Source: Candidatus Omnitrophota bacterium (lineage in GTDB: Bacteria; Omnitrophota; Gorgyraeia; VGKH01). From it: a stretch of 64,000 nt of DNA. Location of the stretch: NCBI GenBank assembly GCA_022703055.1, contig JAKLEP010000001.1, forward strand, positions 154,850 through 218,849, in the 5' to 3' direction. A model generated the notes under the pieces. It was given only the letters and a program-made list of their open reading frames with translations. It made no database searches and was not told where the DNA came from. Shown here in pieces: positions 8,671-17,336 of this stretch (positions are counted from its first letter, which is position 1; each line of letters starts with the position of its first letter). The position numbers and the translations under genes were made by a program.

Positions 8671-9268
8671 TCAATTAATAATGATTTTTATCAGCATGGT
8701 CTTTATCAATAACTTCATTCTCTCGAAGTTTTTGGGGCTGTGTTCCTTTATCGGCGTTTCTAAGGAAACCGGCCCGGCGATGAGCATGGGGCTTGCGGTT
8801 ACATTCGTTACCACCATGTCGTCGATTATCACCTGGTTAATTTACCGATTTGTTTTGATTCCTTTTGACATTACCTATATGCGCACGATTTCATTTATTT
8901 TGGTTATTGCAACTTTCGTCCAGCTTGTGGAGATGTTTATCCGCAAGACCAGCCCACATCTATATAAATTCTTCGGGATTTATCTGCCTTTGATTACTGT
9001 TAATTGCGCGGTTTTGGGAGTGGCGGTATTAAACAGCGAAACATTTTTCTCGGGTAGTCGTATTATGCCGGGAAGTTTTATCTTCTCGGTTGTGCAGGGA
9101 TTTTTCGCCGGGGCAGGGTATTGCCTGGCAATGCTCTTAATGTCAGGAATCCGCGAACGGCTTGAATTGGTAAGGGTACCCAGAAGTTTTAAAGATGTGC
9201 CTCTGGCATTTGTCATCGCATCTTTGATGAGTCTTGCGTTTATGGGATTTTCGGGATTTAAATTTTAA
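8660..9268 (+). CDS. rnfA: Rnf complex subunit A
   Basis: NNFILSKFLGLCSFIGVS and LPLITVNCAVLG motifs are typical of RnfA/NqrE. Confidence 0.88.
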   Translation: MDASQLIMIFISMVFINNFILSKFLGLCSFIGVSKETGPAMSMGLAVTFVTTMSSIITWLIYRFVLIPFDITYMRTISFILVIATFVQLVEMFIRKTSPHLYKFFGIYLPLITVNCAVLGVAVLNSETFFSGSRIMPGSFIFSVVQGFFAGAGYCLAMLLMSGIRERLELVRVPRSFKDVPLAFVIASLMSLAFMGFSGFKF

Positions 9269-9347
9269 AAGTAGATAGGAGATAGCAGGTAGTAGGTGGG
9301 GTTTTTTAGAGTCAGCCCCAAGACCTACATTCTACCTACTACATACT
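9269..9347 (+). promoter_or_regulatory. Long imperfect hairpin filling the rnfA-rnfB intergenic gap
   Basis: Purine-rich 5' arm (9269-9301) pairs with pyrimidine-rich 3' arm (9316-9347). GGGG 9298-9301 pairs with CCCC 9316-9319. Outer AAGTA/TACTT pairing abuts the rnfB ATG. Confidence 0.55.
9324..9341 (-). repeat. 18-nt exact repeat TAGTAGGTAGAATGTAGG (reverse-strand copy)
   Basis: CCTACATTCTACCTACTA at 9324-9341 is the exact reverse complement of 31442-31459. Confidence 0.9.
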
Positions 9348-9348
9348 T

Positions 9349-10146
9349 ATGATGGAAATATTAATTCCGGTTTTAACTTTAGCTTCTTTAGGCATGATTT
9401 TTGGCGTAGGCTTGGCTATTGCCGCCAAGAAATTATGCGTAGAACAAGACCCTAAAATTTCCGCTGTTTTTTCTCATTTGCCTGGGGCAAATTGCGGCGC
9501 ATGCGGTATGGCGGGATGCATGGGATTCGCCGAAGGGCTTATCAACGGAACCTGCACCGTAGAGCGTTGCGTGGTGGCCTCTGAGAAGATCAGGACAGAA
9601 ATTTCAAAAATCTTAGGCGTTGAGGCCAAAGCTAAAATTAAAACCGCTGCAGTTTTGCATTGTAACGGCGGCAATAAAGTAAAAGATAAATTTCAATATC
9701 AAGGCATTAAAGATTGCGTGGCGGCAAATCAGCTGCAGGGAGGGCAGAAGGCCTGCGTCTGGGGCTGTCTTGGTTTTGGCAGTTGTGCAAAAGTTTGCCC
9801 CTTTAGCGCCATAACGATGAGCCAAGAAACGGGCCTTCCGGTAGTAGATGAATCAAAATGCACCGCTTGCGGGAATTGTGTGAAGATTTGTCCCAAGCAT
9901 CTTTTTACGCTTATCGATGTTAAGAAGCCGGTGTACATCGCTTGCAGTTCGCACGACAAAGGAAAGGCAGTAATGGATGTTTGTAAAGTAGGCTGCATCG
10001 CCTGCTTAAAATGCGAAAAGCAGTGCGCCCCCGGATTATTTAAAGTTAAAGACAATTTATCCCAGATAGATTATAATAGTTATGTGCCTTGTGATGATTG
10101 TATAAAAGTTTGCCCGACCAGCACGATCAGAAAAAGGGGAGCCTAA
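9349..10146 (+). CDS. rnfB: Rnf complex subunit B (polyferredoxin)
   Basis: N-terminal TM helix, CGACGMAGC cluster motif, and several CxxCxxCxxxCP ferredoxin motifs. Confidence 0.88.
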   Translation: MMEILIPVLTLASLGMIFGVGLAIAAKKLCVEQDPKISAVFSHLPGANCGACGMAGCMGFAEGLINGTCTVERCVVASEKIRTEISKILGVEAKAKIKTAAVLHCNGGNKVKDKFQYQGIKDCVAANQLQGGQKACVWGCLGFGSCAKVCPFSAITMSQETGLPVVDESKCTACGNCVKICPKHLFTLIDVKKPVYIACSSHDKGKAVMDVCKVGCIACLKCEKQCAPGLFKVKDNLSQIDYNSYVPCDDCIKVCPTSTIRKRGA

Positions 10147-10211
10147 ATGAACCCCGCCCTTCCTAAATAGAGGAAGGTTGGGGTATAAGAATAGAAAGGA
10201 AGTGCGGGGTG
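10147..10211 (+). promoter_or_regulatory. Structured leader (copy 1) that can sequester the purN SD and GTG start
   Basis: CCCCGCCCTTCCT (10152-10164) can pair with AGGAAGG..GGGGT (10171-10184) or with AGGAAGTGCGGGG (10197-10209). A near-identical element lies at 35840-35899. Confidence 0.6.
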
Positions 10212-10808
10212 AATTTTGCGGTATTTGCTTCCGGTAACGGCACGAATCTGCAAGCGATAATAAAAGCGCTGAAAAAAGGAAAGATCAACGCAAACTTAGC
10301 GCTTGTACTTTCCGATAATAAAGAAGCCTACGCTCTTAAAAGGGCCAAAAGAGCTAAGATAAAAACGGTTGTGGTCGAAGCCAAAAATTTTAGCTCAAGA
10401 GAAGACTACGACGCTGAAATTGTCAAGATTTTAGAACAAGAAAAAATAGATTTTATCGTTTTGGCTGGTTTTATGCGTATCATTACCTCAGTCTTGATTA
10501 ATAACTTCCGCAACAAAATCTTAAATATCCACCCAGCATTGCTTCCCTCATTTAAGGGAACCCACGCAATTGTAGATGCCTTTAATTACGGCGTCAAAGT
10601 AACCGGAGTGACGGTGCATTTTGTAGACGAAAAAATGGACCACGGCCCGATAATATTGCAAGGTTCGGTCAAGGTAGAAGAAGACGATACTGCCGAGACA
10701 CTTGAAGCCAAGATCCATAAGATCGAACACAAAATTTATCCTGAGGCTATCCGTTTATTTTCCGAGGGAAAAATAAAAATAGAAGGAAGAAAGGCAAGAA
10801 TAGCTTAG
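10209..10808 (+). CDS. purN: Phosphoribosylglycinamide formyltransferase
   Basis: GTG start. N-terminus FAVFASGNGTNLQAII and NIHPALLPSFKG are typical PurN motifs. Confidence 0.9.
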   Translation: MNFAVFASGNGTNLQAIIKALKKGKINANLALVLSDNKEAYALKRAKRAKIKTVVVEAKNFSSREDYDAEIVKILEQEKIDFIVLAGFMRIITSVLINNFRNKILNIHPALLPSFKGTHAIVDAFNYGVKVTGVTVHFVDEKMDHGPIILQGSVKVEEDDTAETLEAKIHKIEHKIYPEAIRLFSEGKIKIEGRKARIA

Positions 10809-10823
10809 GCGGGGCGGGAGTCT

Positions 10824-11663
10824 TTATCTAAAGTCTTCCAGAGATTTCCTGTTGTAGGTATTGAGTTTTCCAGAGTAAGAATCTTCTATCGATACTGTGT
10901 CAAAATCCTTAAAATCGTAGGCAAAGAATACTTCGGCTATAATCTTCAAGGCAAGGCTGGTAAAGTCAACGTCATATCTGAATTTATCCACTCCTTTAAT
11001 ATCAAGGACAAATTTAATATTGTTATCTTCGGGGATAGCTTTTACTTTTTCTAGCTTAAATTTAGATAAAATACTGTCTTGGTCAAAACGCAAAGCGATT
11101 CTTTGTTCAATCTGAGAAAAGATAAATCCGGCAAGAGACATATTAAAAAATGGAAGATGGAGCCCTTCTTCGTCTCCTAGCGCCTTGGGATTCAACCCGA
11201 ATTTTATAACCTGCCGCCTTAAGAATTCTTCCCGAGAAATAAAATTATACAAATATTTTTTTACGTCTAATATATAGCCGACAACTAAATAATCAGCCCC
11301 TATATCTTTAGTGTCCGAAGCTAATATGGCATAGAATTTGGGAGGAGCTTTAGTGCTCATAATTACGCGGTTGATACTTAAGACTACGTGGTTTAAGGTA
11401 TCGATAAATTCTTTATCGACATTGCCAGATTGGTCAACGAAACGTTGGATCGGGATATACAGCCAGAGTGTGTCTTCGACTATATCAACCTTAACGTTTA
11501 AGTTATATTCGTTTTTACAAATTTTGATGATTTGTTCGGGGATCTTCTCGGCAGGGTAATAAGATTCAGTTTCTTTTATACAACTAGATAGTATCGCGGC
11601 TGAGATAAAAAAGATCAAAAGGCATAAAATGCTTCTATGTTTAGAATGCCGGATTGTTTTCAA
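10824..11663 (-). CDS. Hypothetical lipoprotein, co-operonic with the FtsH-like gene
   Basis: Signal peptide with lipobox ILSSC. 4-nt overlap with the upstream protease gene. No recognisable domain. Confidence 0.55.
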   Translation of the reverse strand: MKTIRHSKHRSILCLLIFFISAAILSSCIKETESYYPAEKIPEQIIKICKNEYNLNVKVDIVEDTLWLYIPIQRFVDQSGNVDKEFIDTLNHVVLSINRVIMSTKAPPKFYAILASDTKDIGADYLVVGYILDVKKYLYNFISREEFLRRQVIKFGLNPKALGDEEGLHLPFFNMSLAGFIFSQIEQRIALRFDQDSILSKFKLEKVKAIPEDNNIKFVLDIKGVDKFRYDVDFTSLALKIIAEVFFAYDFKDFDTVSIEDSYSGKLNTYNRKSLEDFR

Positions 11664-13348
11664 GTTCTTCTTTTGTGGCCGTACTCGTTAAATATGGCCT
11701 GAATCTGGTCATAGTCGAGCTCTTCTTTTTCCAGTAATTCCTTGGCAAACCTGTCGAGCAGATTCTTTTCCTTGCTTAAAAGCTCATTTACGTCTTTGAG
11801 GCAATCATGGATTATTTTCTGGGTTTCGTGGTTGAGTTTGTTTTTTAAATCTTCCGAAAGCTGTTCTGTCGGAATAGACATATAGTCACCGATAATATTG
11901 GCGTCTGACATTCCCCAGCGCCAGACCATGTTGTGTGCAAGGCTTGTAGCTTTGCTGAAATCATTTCCCGCCCCGCTAGAAGTCGTGCCAAATACTACTT
12001 TTTCTGCTGCATACCCGGCTACAGCGGATTTGATGCTTCCCAAAATCATGTCGCGGGTGTAATTATGCAGTTCTTCTCGGGGAGGAGTGTATACTGCGCC
12101 CAAACTTGGCCCGTGGGGAATAATTGTAGCCTTAAAGACATCATCAGTGGGATGATAAAAATAGGTGACGATTAGATGGCCCGCTTCATGGTAAGCGGTC
12201 ATTTCTTTTTCCCGGGAGGTGAGGGTAATTTTTCTGGTGATACCCATCTCTATGCGTTCCATGGCTTCGGATATCTCTTTTAAACCCACGGTTTCTTTTT
12301 TGTTTCTAATGGCTATAAGAGTTGATTCCCTGACAATATTGGCGATATCTGCCGGGGTTTTACCTACGCTTCTTCGCGCCAGGTGGCCCAAGTCCATGCT
12401 TTTGTCATAATTGATCTTTGAGAGGTAGTATTCATATATTTTCTGCCTGTCGCTTAGATTAGGTTCATAAACATAGATTTTTCTATCGAACCTGCCAGGC
12501 CTTAATAGGGCTTGATCAAGCGAATCTTCTTTAACGTTGGTCGCGCCAATCAGCACTACGTTATAATCTTTTTCTTTTAAGCCGTCCATCTCGACTAAAA
12601 GCTGGTTTAGGGTGGTATTGTGTTCGGTGGTGCCGCCGAATCCCTGGTCCATTGCCCTCTGGGCGCCCACGGCGTCGATTTCATCGATAAATATGATACA
12701 GCCGCCTTCGGTGTAGGCTAGCTGTCTGGCATTTTTGAATAAGCTTCTGATGCGGCTTGCGCCCACGCCGACAAACATCTCCACAAATTCAGAACCTGAC
12801 ATAGAAATAAAAGGAAGGCCCGCTTCAGTGGCAATGCCCTTGGCAAGATAGGTTTTCCCGCAGCCGGGAGGACCTAGAAGAAGTATACCACGCAAGATCT
12901 TTCCGCCGATACGTTGTAGCTGGGCTCGGTCTTTAAGCAATTTTACCACTTCTAAGGCTTCCTGTTTGGCTTCTTCCATGCCGATTATGTCTTCCCATTT
13001 TACTCCGACATCCTCTCCGGCGATTGCTTTCTTCTTGGTATGGGTGAATTGTTGGAATCCGCCGCCACGAAAGAGGACCCAGTACCATAAAAATACAAAT
13101 ACCACACCGTTGATCATGCCTCCGACGCTGTAGAGATAAAGGCTCATAGGAAGCCCGGCCTTGGTTTGTTCCCTAAACCAAGGATCGATATTCTGCCAGG
13201 ACTTTAGGCCCAGGCTTATCAATATTACTAAAGAAATGGTTACCGCAATAAGAGCAATAACGACAACTAATTTTATCCAATTGAATTTGAAGAAGAGCTT
13301 TATCTTTCTAAAAAACATAATTTGCCCCTTTCTTATATGAGTAAACAT
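11660..13348 (-). CDS. FtsH-family AAA+ zinc metalloprotease (short extracytoplasmic loop)
   Basis: Walker A GPPGCGKT, Walker B IIFIDEIDA, second region of homology ATN...RPGRFDR, zinc motif HEAGH. Two N-terminal TM helices. Confidence 0.88.
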   Translation of the reverse strand: MFTHIRKGQIMFFRKIKLFFKFNWIKLVVVIALIAVTISLVILISLGLKSWQNIDPWFREQTKAGLPMSLYLYSVGGMINGVVFVFLWYWVLFRGGGFQQFTHTKKKAIAGEDVGVKWEDIIGMEEAKQEALEVVKLLKDRAQLQRIGGKILRGILLLGPPGCGKTYLAKGIATEAGLPFISMSGSEFVEMFVGVGASRIRSLFKNARQLAYTEGGCIIFIDEIDAVGAQRAMDQGFGGTTEHNTTLNQLLVEMDGLKEKDYNVVLIGATNVKEDSLDQALLRPGRFDRKIYVYEPNLSDRQKIYEYYLSKINYDKSMDLGHLARRSVGKTPADIANIVRESTLIAIRNKKETVGLKEISEAMERIEMGITRKITLTSREKEMTAYHEAGHLIVTYFYHPTDDVFKATIIPHGPSLGAVYTPPREELHNYTRDMILGSIKSAVAGYAAEKVVFGTTSSGAGNDFSKATSLAHNMVWRWGMSDANIIGDYMSIPTEQLSEDLKNKLNHETQKIIHDCLKDVNELLSKEKNLLDRFAKELLEKEELDYDQIQAIFNEYGHKRRT

Positions 13349-13383
13349 ACCACAATTATATAATTAAGTCAATCTTTGGATGA

Positions 13384-13430
13384 GGCGAGCCGACGCGGCT
13401 TGTCTGGCGTAAGGTAAGCGTCGGCTCGCC
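13384..13430. repeat. Perfect 13-bp GC-rich inverted repeat with 21-nt spacer
   Basis: GGCGAGCCGACGC (13384-13396) pairs with GCGTCGGCTCGCC (13418-13430). Lies in the divergent ftsH-like/eno intergenic region, 36 nt from the ftsH-like start. Confidence 0.85.
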
Positions 13431-13467
13431 GAATGTATCAAACATTTAGGCTTGACTTATTGGTTAA

Positions 13468-14793
<1,326 letters not shown>

Positions 14794-14806
14794 ATAGGCG
14801 ATAGGG

Positions 14807-15073
14807 ATGAAGCTTAAAAAAGCCACTTGGCTGTTTGCATTTGCTTTTATAGTGTTTATAATTTTTCTTCCCGGCTATAGTAAGCTGCAGGATTTAAAAC
14901 AAAAGAATCTGGAGCTTGAAAACAAAATAGCCGAGTTGCAGAAGAAAAATACCGAACTGACAAATAAGGAAAAGCTTTTAGAAAATGATCCCTTTTACCT
15001 CGAGAAGGTCGCTCGGGAGAAGATGGGCGTGACTAAGAAGGGCGAAGTAGTTTACAAAATCACTGGAGAATAA
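14807..15073 (+). CDS. ftsB: Septum formation initiator (FtsB/DivIC family)
   Basis: One TM helix, a coiled coil, and the DPFYLEKVAREKMG motif. Confidence 0.75.
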   Translation: MKLKKATWLFAFAFIVFIIFLPGYSKLQDLKQKNLELENKIAELQKKNTELTNKEKLLENDPFYLEKVAREKMGVTKKGEVVYKITGE

Positions 15074-15090
15074 TACTTTTATATAGATAT

Positions 15091-15167
<77 letters not shown>

Positions 15168-15174
15168 ATTAAAA

Positions 15175-15201
15175 ACCTATCGTTAAATCGGTAGGTTTTT
15201 T
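15175..15201 (+). terminator. Rho-independent terminator after the initiator tRNA
   Basis: ACCTATCG/CGGTAGGT 8-bp stem (one G-U), 6-nt loop, then TTTTTT. Confidence 0.7.
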
Positions 15202-15209
15202 ATTTGGCG

Positions 15210-15250
15210 GTCCCGAGTCGCCGTTGATTTTCTTGTTAGCGACGAGGGAC
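15210..15250. other. GC-rich hairpin with tandem G-A/A-G internal mismatch
   Basis: GTCCCGAGTCGC (15210-15221) pairs with GCGACGAGGGAC (15239-15250), 10 of 12 pairs. No flanking T-run on either strand. Confidence 0.5.
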
Positions 15251-15330
15251 AACCCAATAAAACTTCGCAATTAGATTAATTTTGGATTTATTATAGAAAC
15301 AGAGCAAAAGGTAGAATTAAGTAAGGTGGT

Positions 15331-16305
15331 CTAAAGCCATTTTTTACGCTTGAAATAGACAAGCATCAATACGGAAAGAACAACCATAACGGACATAATC
15401 GCTGGGTAGCCGAGAGGATGGGTTATTTCAGGCATATACTTAAAGTTCATGCCGTAAATGCTAGCGATTAAAGTAAGGGGCATCATTATGGTGGCGATAA
15501 CGGTAAGAGTTTTCATTATTTCATTTAAGCGGTTTGAGACTATTGATACATAAGCTTCCATGGCACCGGCGATAATATCCCGCGAAGTTCCGACTACATC
15601 ATTCATGCGCACCAGGTTATCATAAATATTTCTGAAATATATTAAAGTTGAGCGCGATATAAATTCATAATCGCCGCGTTCCAAGAGGTTTATAACGTCT
15701 GCCTGGGGGCCGATAGTGCGCCGCAGATGAAGAATTTGGTTTTTCAGCAAATATATTTTTTTCAAGACTTCGTTGCTTGGGTCTTTGAATAATTCATCAG
15801 TCATAACATCGACCTTATCGTCAAATTCGCCTATGACCGGCATGTAGCTGTCTACGCATGAATCAAGGAGCGAATAAAGAAGCATATCAGCTCCGTTCTG
15901 CATCATTGGAGATTGTTTTCTAATTCTATCTTTGCATAAATTCAGCGAGTTTACCGGACATGCATGAAACGTTATCAGAAAATTCTTCCCCAGACAGCAA
16001 TCAAGCTCCGTAGTTTTGATTGCACCCTTTTCATTGCCATTTAAAGATTCCAGAGAAAACATAACTAGAAAGATATAGTCTCTGAATTTTTCAAGCTTCG
16101 GTCGGGCATTCGGCATGATAAAATCTTCTATGGTAAGCGGGTGAAGATTAAACACCGAGGTCAGAAAATCGATGTCTGAATCTTCGATGTCTAGAAGGTC
16201 AATCCACAAAACCGAACGTTCATCTTTCAGCGACTGGGTTATTTCTTCCGCGGAGACTTGAGTTTGCAATCCTTTTTCGGGATTATAGATGAAAGACTCA
16301 AACAT
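15331..16305 (-). CDS. corA: Magnesium/cobalt transporter CorA
   Basis: C-terminal two TM helices with the YGMNF signature. Confidence 0.88.
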   Translation of the reverse strand: MFESFIYNPEKGLQTQVSAEEITQSLKDERSVLWIDLLDIEDSDIDFLTSVFNLHPLTIEDFIMPNARPKLEKFRDYIFLVMFSLESLNGNEKGAIKTTELDCCLGKNFLITFHACPVNSLNLCKDRIRKQSPMMQNGADMLLYSLLDSCVDSYMPVIGEFDDKVDVMTDELFKDPSNEVLKKIYLLKNQILHLRRTIGPQADVINLLERGDYEFISRSTLIYFRNIYDNLVRMNDVVGTSRDIIAGAMEAYVSIVSNRLNEIMKTLTVIATIMMPLTLIASIYGMNFKYMPEITHPLGYPAIMSVMVVLSVLMLVYFKRKKWL

Positions 16306-16399
16306 ATTTTAATTTATTTGAAAGCGTTTAACGTTTTTGTTCTTCCCAGTAGACTTTTATCATAAATATTAAAGACAAGCAACAAAAAATAATATTTAT

Positions 16400-16428
16400 T
16401 TGTTTTGGCTGAAGTTTTGGGATATAAT
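16400..16428 (+). promoter_or_regulatory. Candidate sigma70 promoter
   Basis: TTGTTT (16400-16405), 17-nt spacer, TATAAT (16423-16428), upstream of the gene at 16482. Confidence 0.45.
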
Positions 16429-16481
16429 TCCAGATAAGTTTACAAAGGCAATAATTAATTTTCCTGTGAAAGGAGGTCGAT

Positions 16482-16940
16482 ATGAGAAAGATTATTGCAA
16501 TTTTCGTCTTTATATTAATGGCGGCAGCATTAGTCAGCTGTTCAGCCAAGAATCAAGAGCAGGCGATTCCGCAGACAGATAATACAGTGGAAAATAATAC
16601 AGCCATTGTCGAACAAACAGTCCCTGTGGTTGAAGCTACAAAAGAGCAGGCACAGTCGCAAGCTGCAGTTACTCAGGCAGTCAGCAGCCAGCAAGCCACA
16701 TCAAGCCCTGCAGCCGAAGTTAGTGTAAAACCAACTAATGAAGAGATTCAGAAGGCCTTGAAGAACGCCGGACTTTACAATGGGACTATTGACGGAGTAA
16801 TAGGCAAGAAAACTAGGGCAGCCATTGAAGATTTTCAGACTAAAAACAATCTACAGGTTGACGGAAAAGTCGGGCCTAAGACTTGGGAGGCATTAAAGAT
16901 TTATTTATCAGCTCCTCAGGCCAATTCGGCTTCCGAATAA
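16482..16940 (+). CDS. Lipoprotein with C-terminal peptidoglycan-binding domain (PG_binding_1)
   Basis: Lipobox LVSC, Q/A/T-rich linker, then IQKALKNAGLYNGTIDGVIGKKTRAAIEDFQ..L.VDGKVGPKTW. Confidence 0.75.
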   Translation: MRKIIAIFVFILMAAALVSCSAKNQEQAIPQTDNTVENNTAIVEQTVPVVEATKEQAQSQAAVTQAVSSQQATSSPAAEVSVKPTNEEIQKALKNAGLYNGTIDGVIGKKTRAAIEDFQTKNNLQVDGKVGPKTWEALKIYLSAPQANSASE

Positions 16941-16971
16941 TTTAGCCCTTCAGTCGTCTTGGAAATGCTCG

Positions 16972-17008
16972 AGCGAGGACTCCAATATACTGTCCTCGCT
17001 TTTGCTTT
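16972..17008 (+). terminator. Rho-independent terminator
   Basis: AGCGAGGAC/GTCCTCGCT 9-bp perfect stem, 11-nt loop, then TTTGCTTT. Confidence 0.65.
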
Positions 17009-17107
17009 AGTTGTTATATAATTGCAAACGAATTTGTTGACAAAGGCTAAATTTTATGTTAAAAAATTCAACAAGATATTTTTAATTTCATAAAAAGGAG
17101 GAATTTC

Positions 17108-17305
17108 ATGAGAGAGAAGGTGGAATGTATTTCCTGTGGGGAATATTTTGACCTGGACGAAGACCGCAATATAGACGATATTATCTATTGCCCCGAATGC
17201 GGCAGTCAGCTTAAGATAATATCCCTTAATCCTCCGGAAGTCGAGCCCGTAGAGAACGAAAATCTTCGCGAAGATTTAGACGAAGATAACGAAGAAGATT
17301 TGTAG
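17108..17305 (+). CDS. LysW-like zinc-ribbon protein with acidic tail
   Basis: CxxCG..(16)..CPECGSQLKIISLNPPEVEP parallels the LysW/ArgW carrier pattern. SD AAGGAGG upstream. The C-terminus is acidic but ends ...EEDL. Confidence 0.55.
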   Translation: MREKVECISCGEYFDLDEDRNIDDIIYCPECGSQLKIISLNPPEVEPVENENLREDLDEDNEEDL

Positions 17306-17336
17306 TCGCAATAGTTTTGTAAAAGAAGGAGGCCTT

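Noticed and set aside
9286-9295. 10-nt match CAGGTAGTAG between the rnfA-rnfB hairpin and the D-arm of tRNA-Phe (3652-3661)
   Set aside because: 10-mer matches are expected by chance several times when a roughly 70-nt element is compared with both strands of 64 kb. The match does not extend.
10148-10171. Reading the conserved leader as a leader peptide (ATG AAC CCC GCC ... gives MNPALPK* at purN and MNPAFPKKGWVYKWKE* at 35843-35893)
   Set aside because: Neither ATG has an SD upstream (TAAATG directly after the rnfB stop at purN, AT-only sequence at purD). The peptides diverge in length after 7 residues. Conservation is better explained by RNA pairing. I cannot fully exclude a coupled mini-ORF.
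16328-16582. Two overlapping short ORFs (73 aa on the minus strand, 60 aa on the plus strand) in the corA / lipoprotein intergenic region
   Set aside because: Low-complexity, AT-driven frames overlap a plausible promoter (TTGTTT-17-TATAAT) and the 5' end of the 16482 gene. No SD is present.
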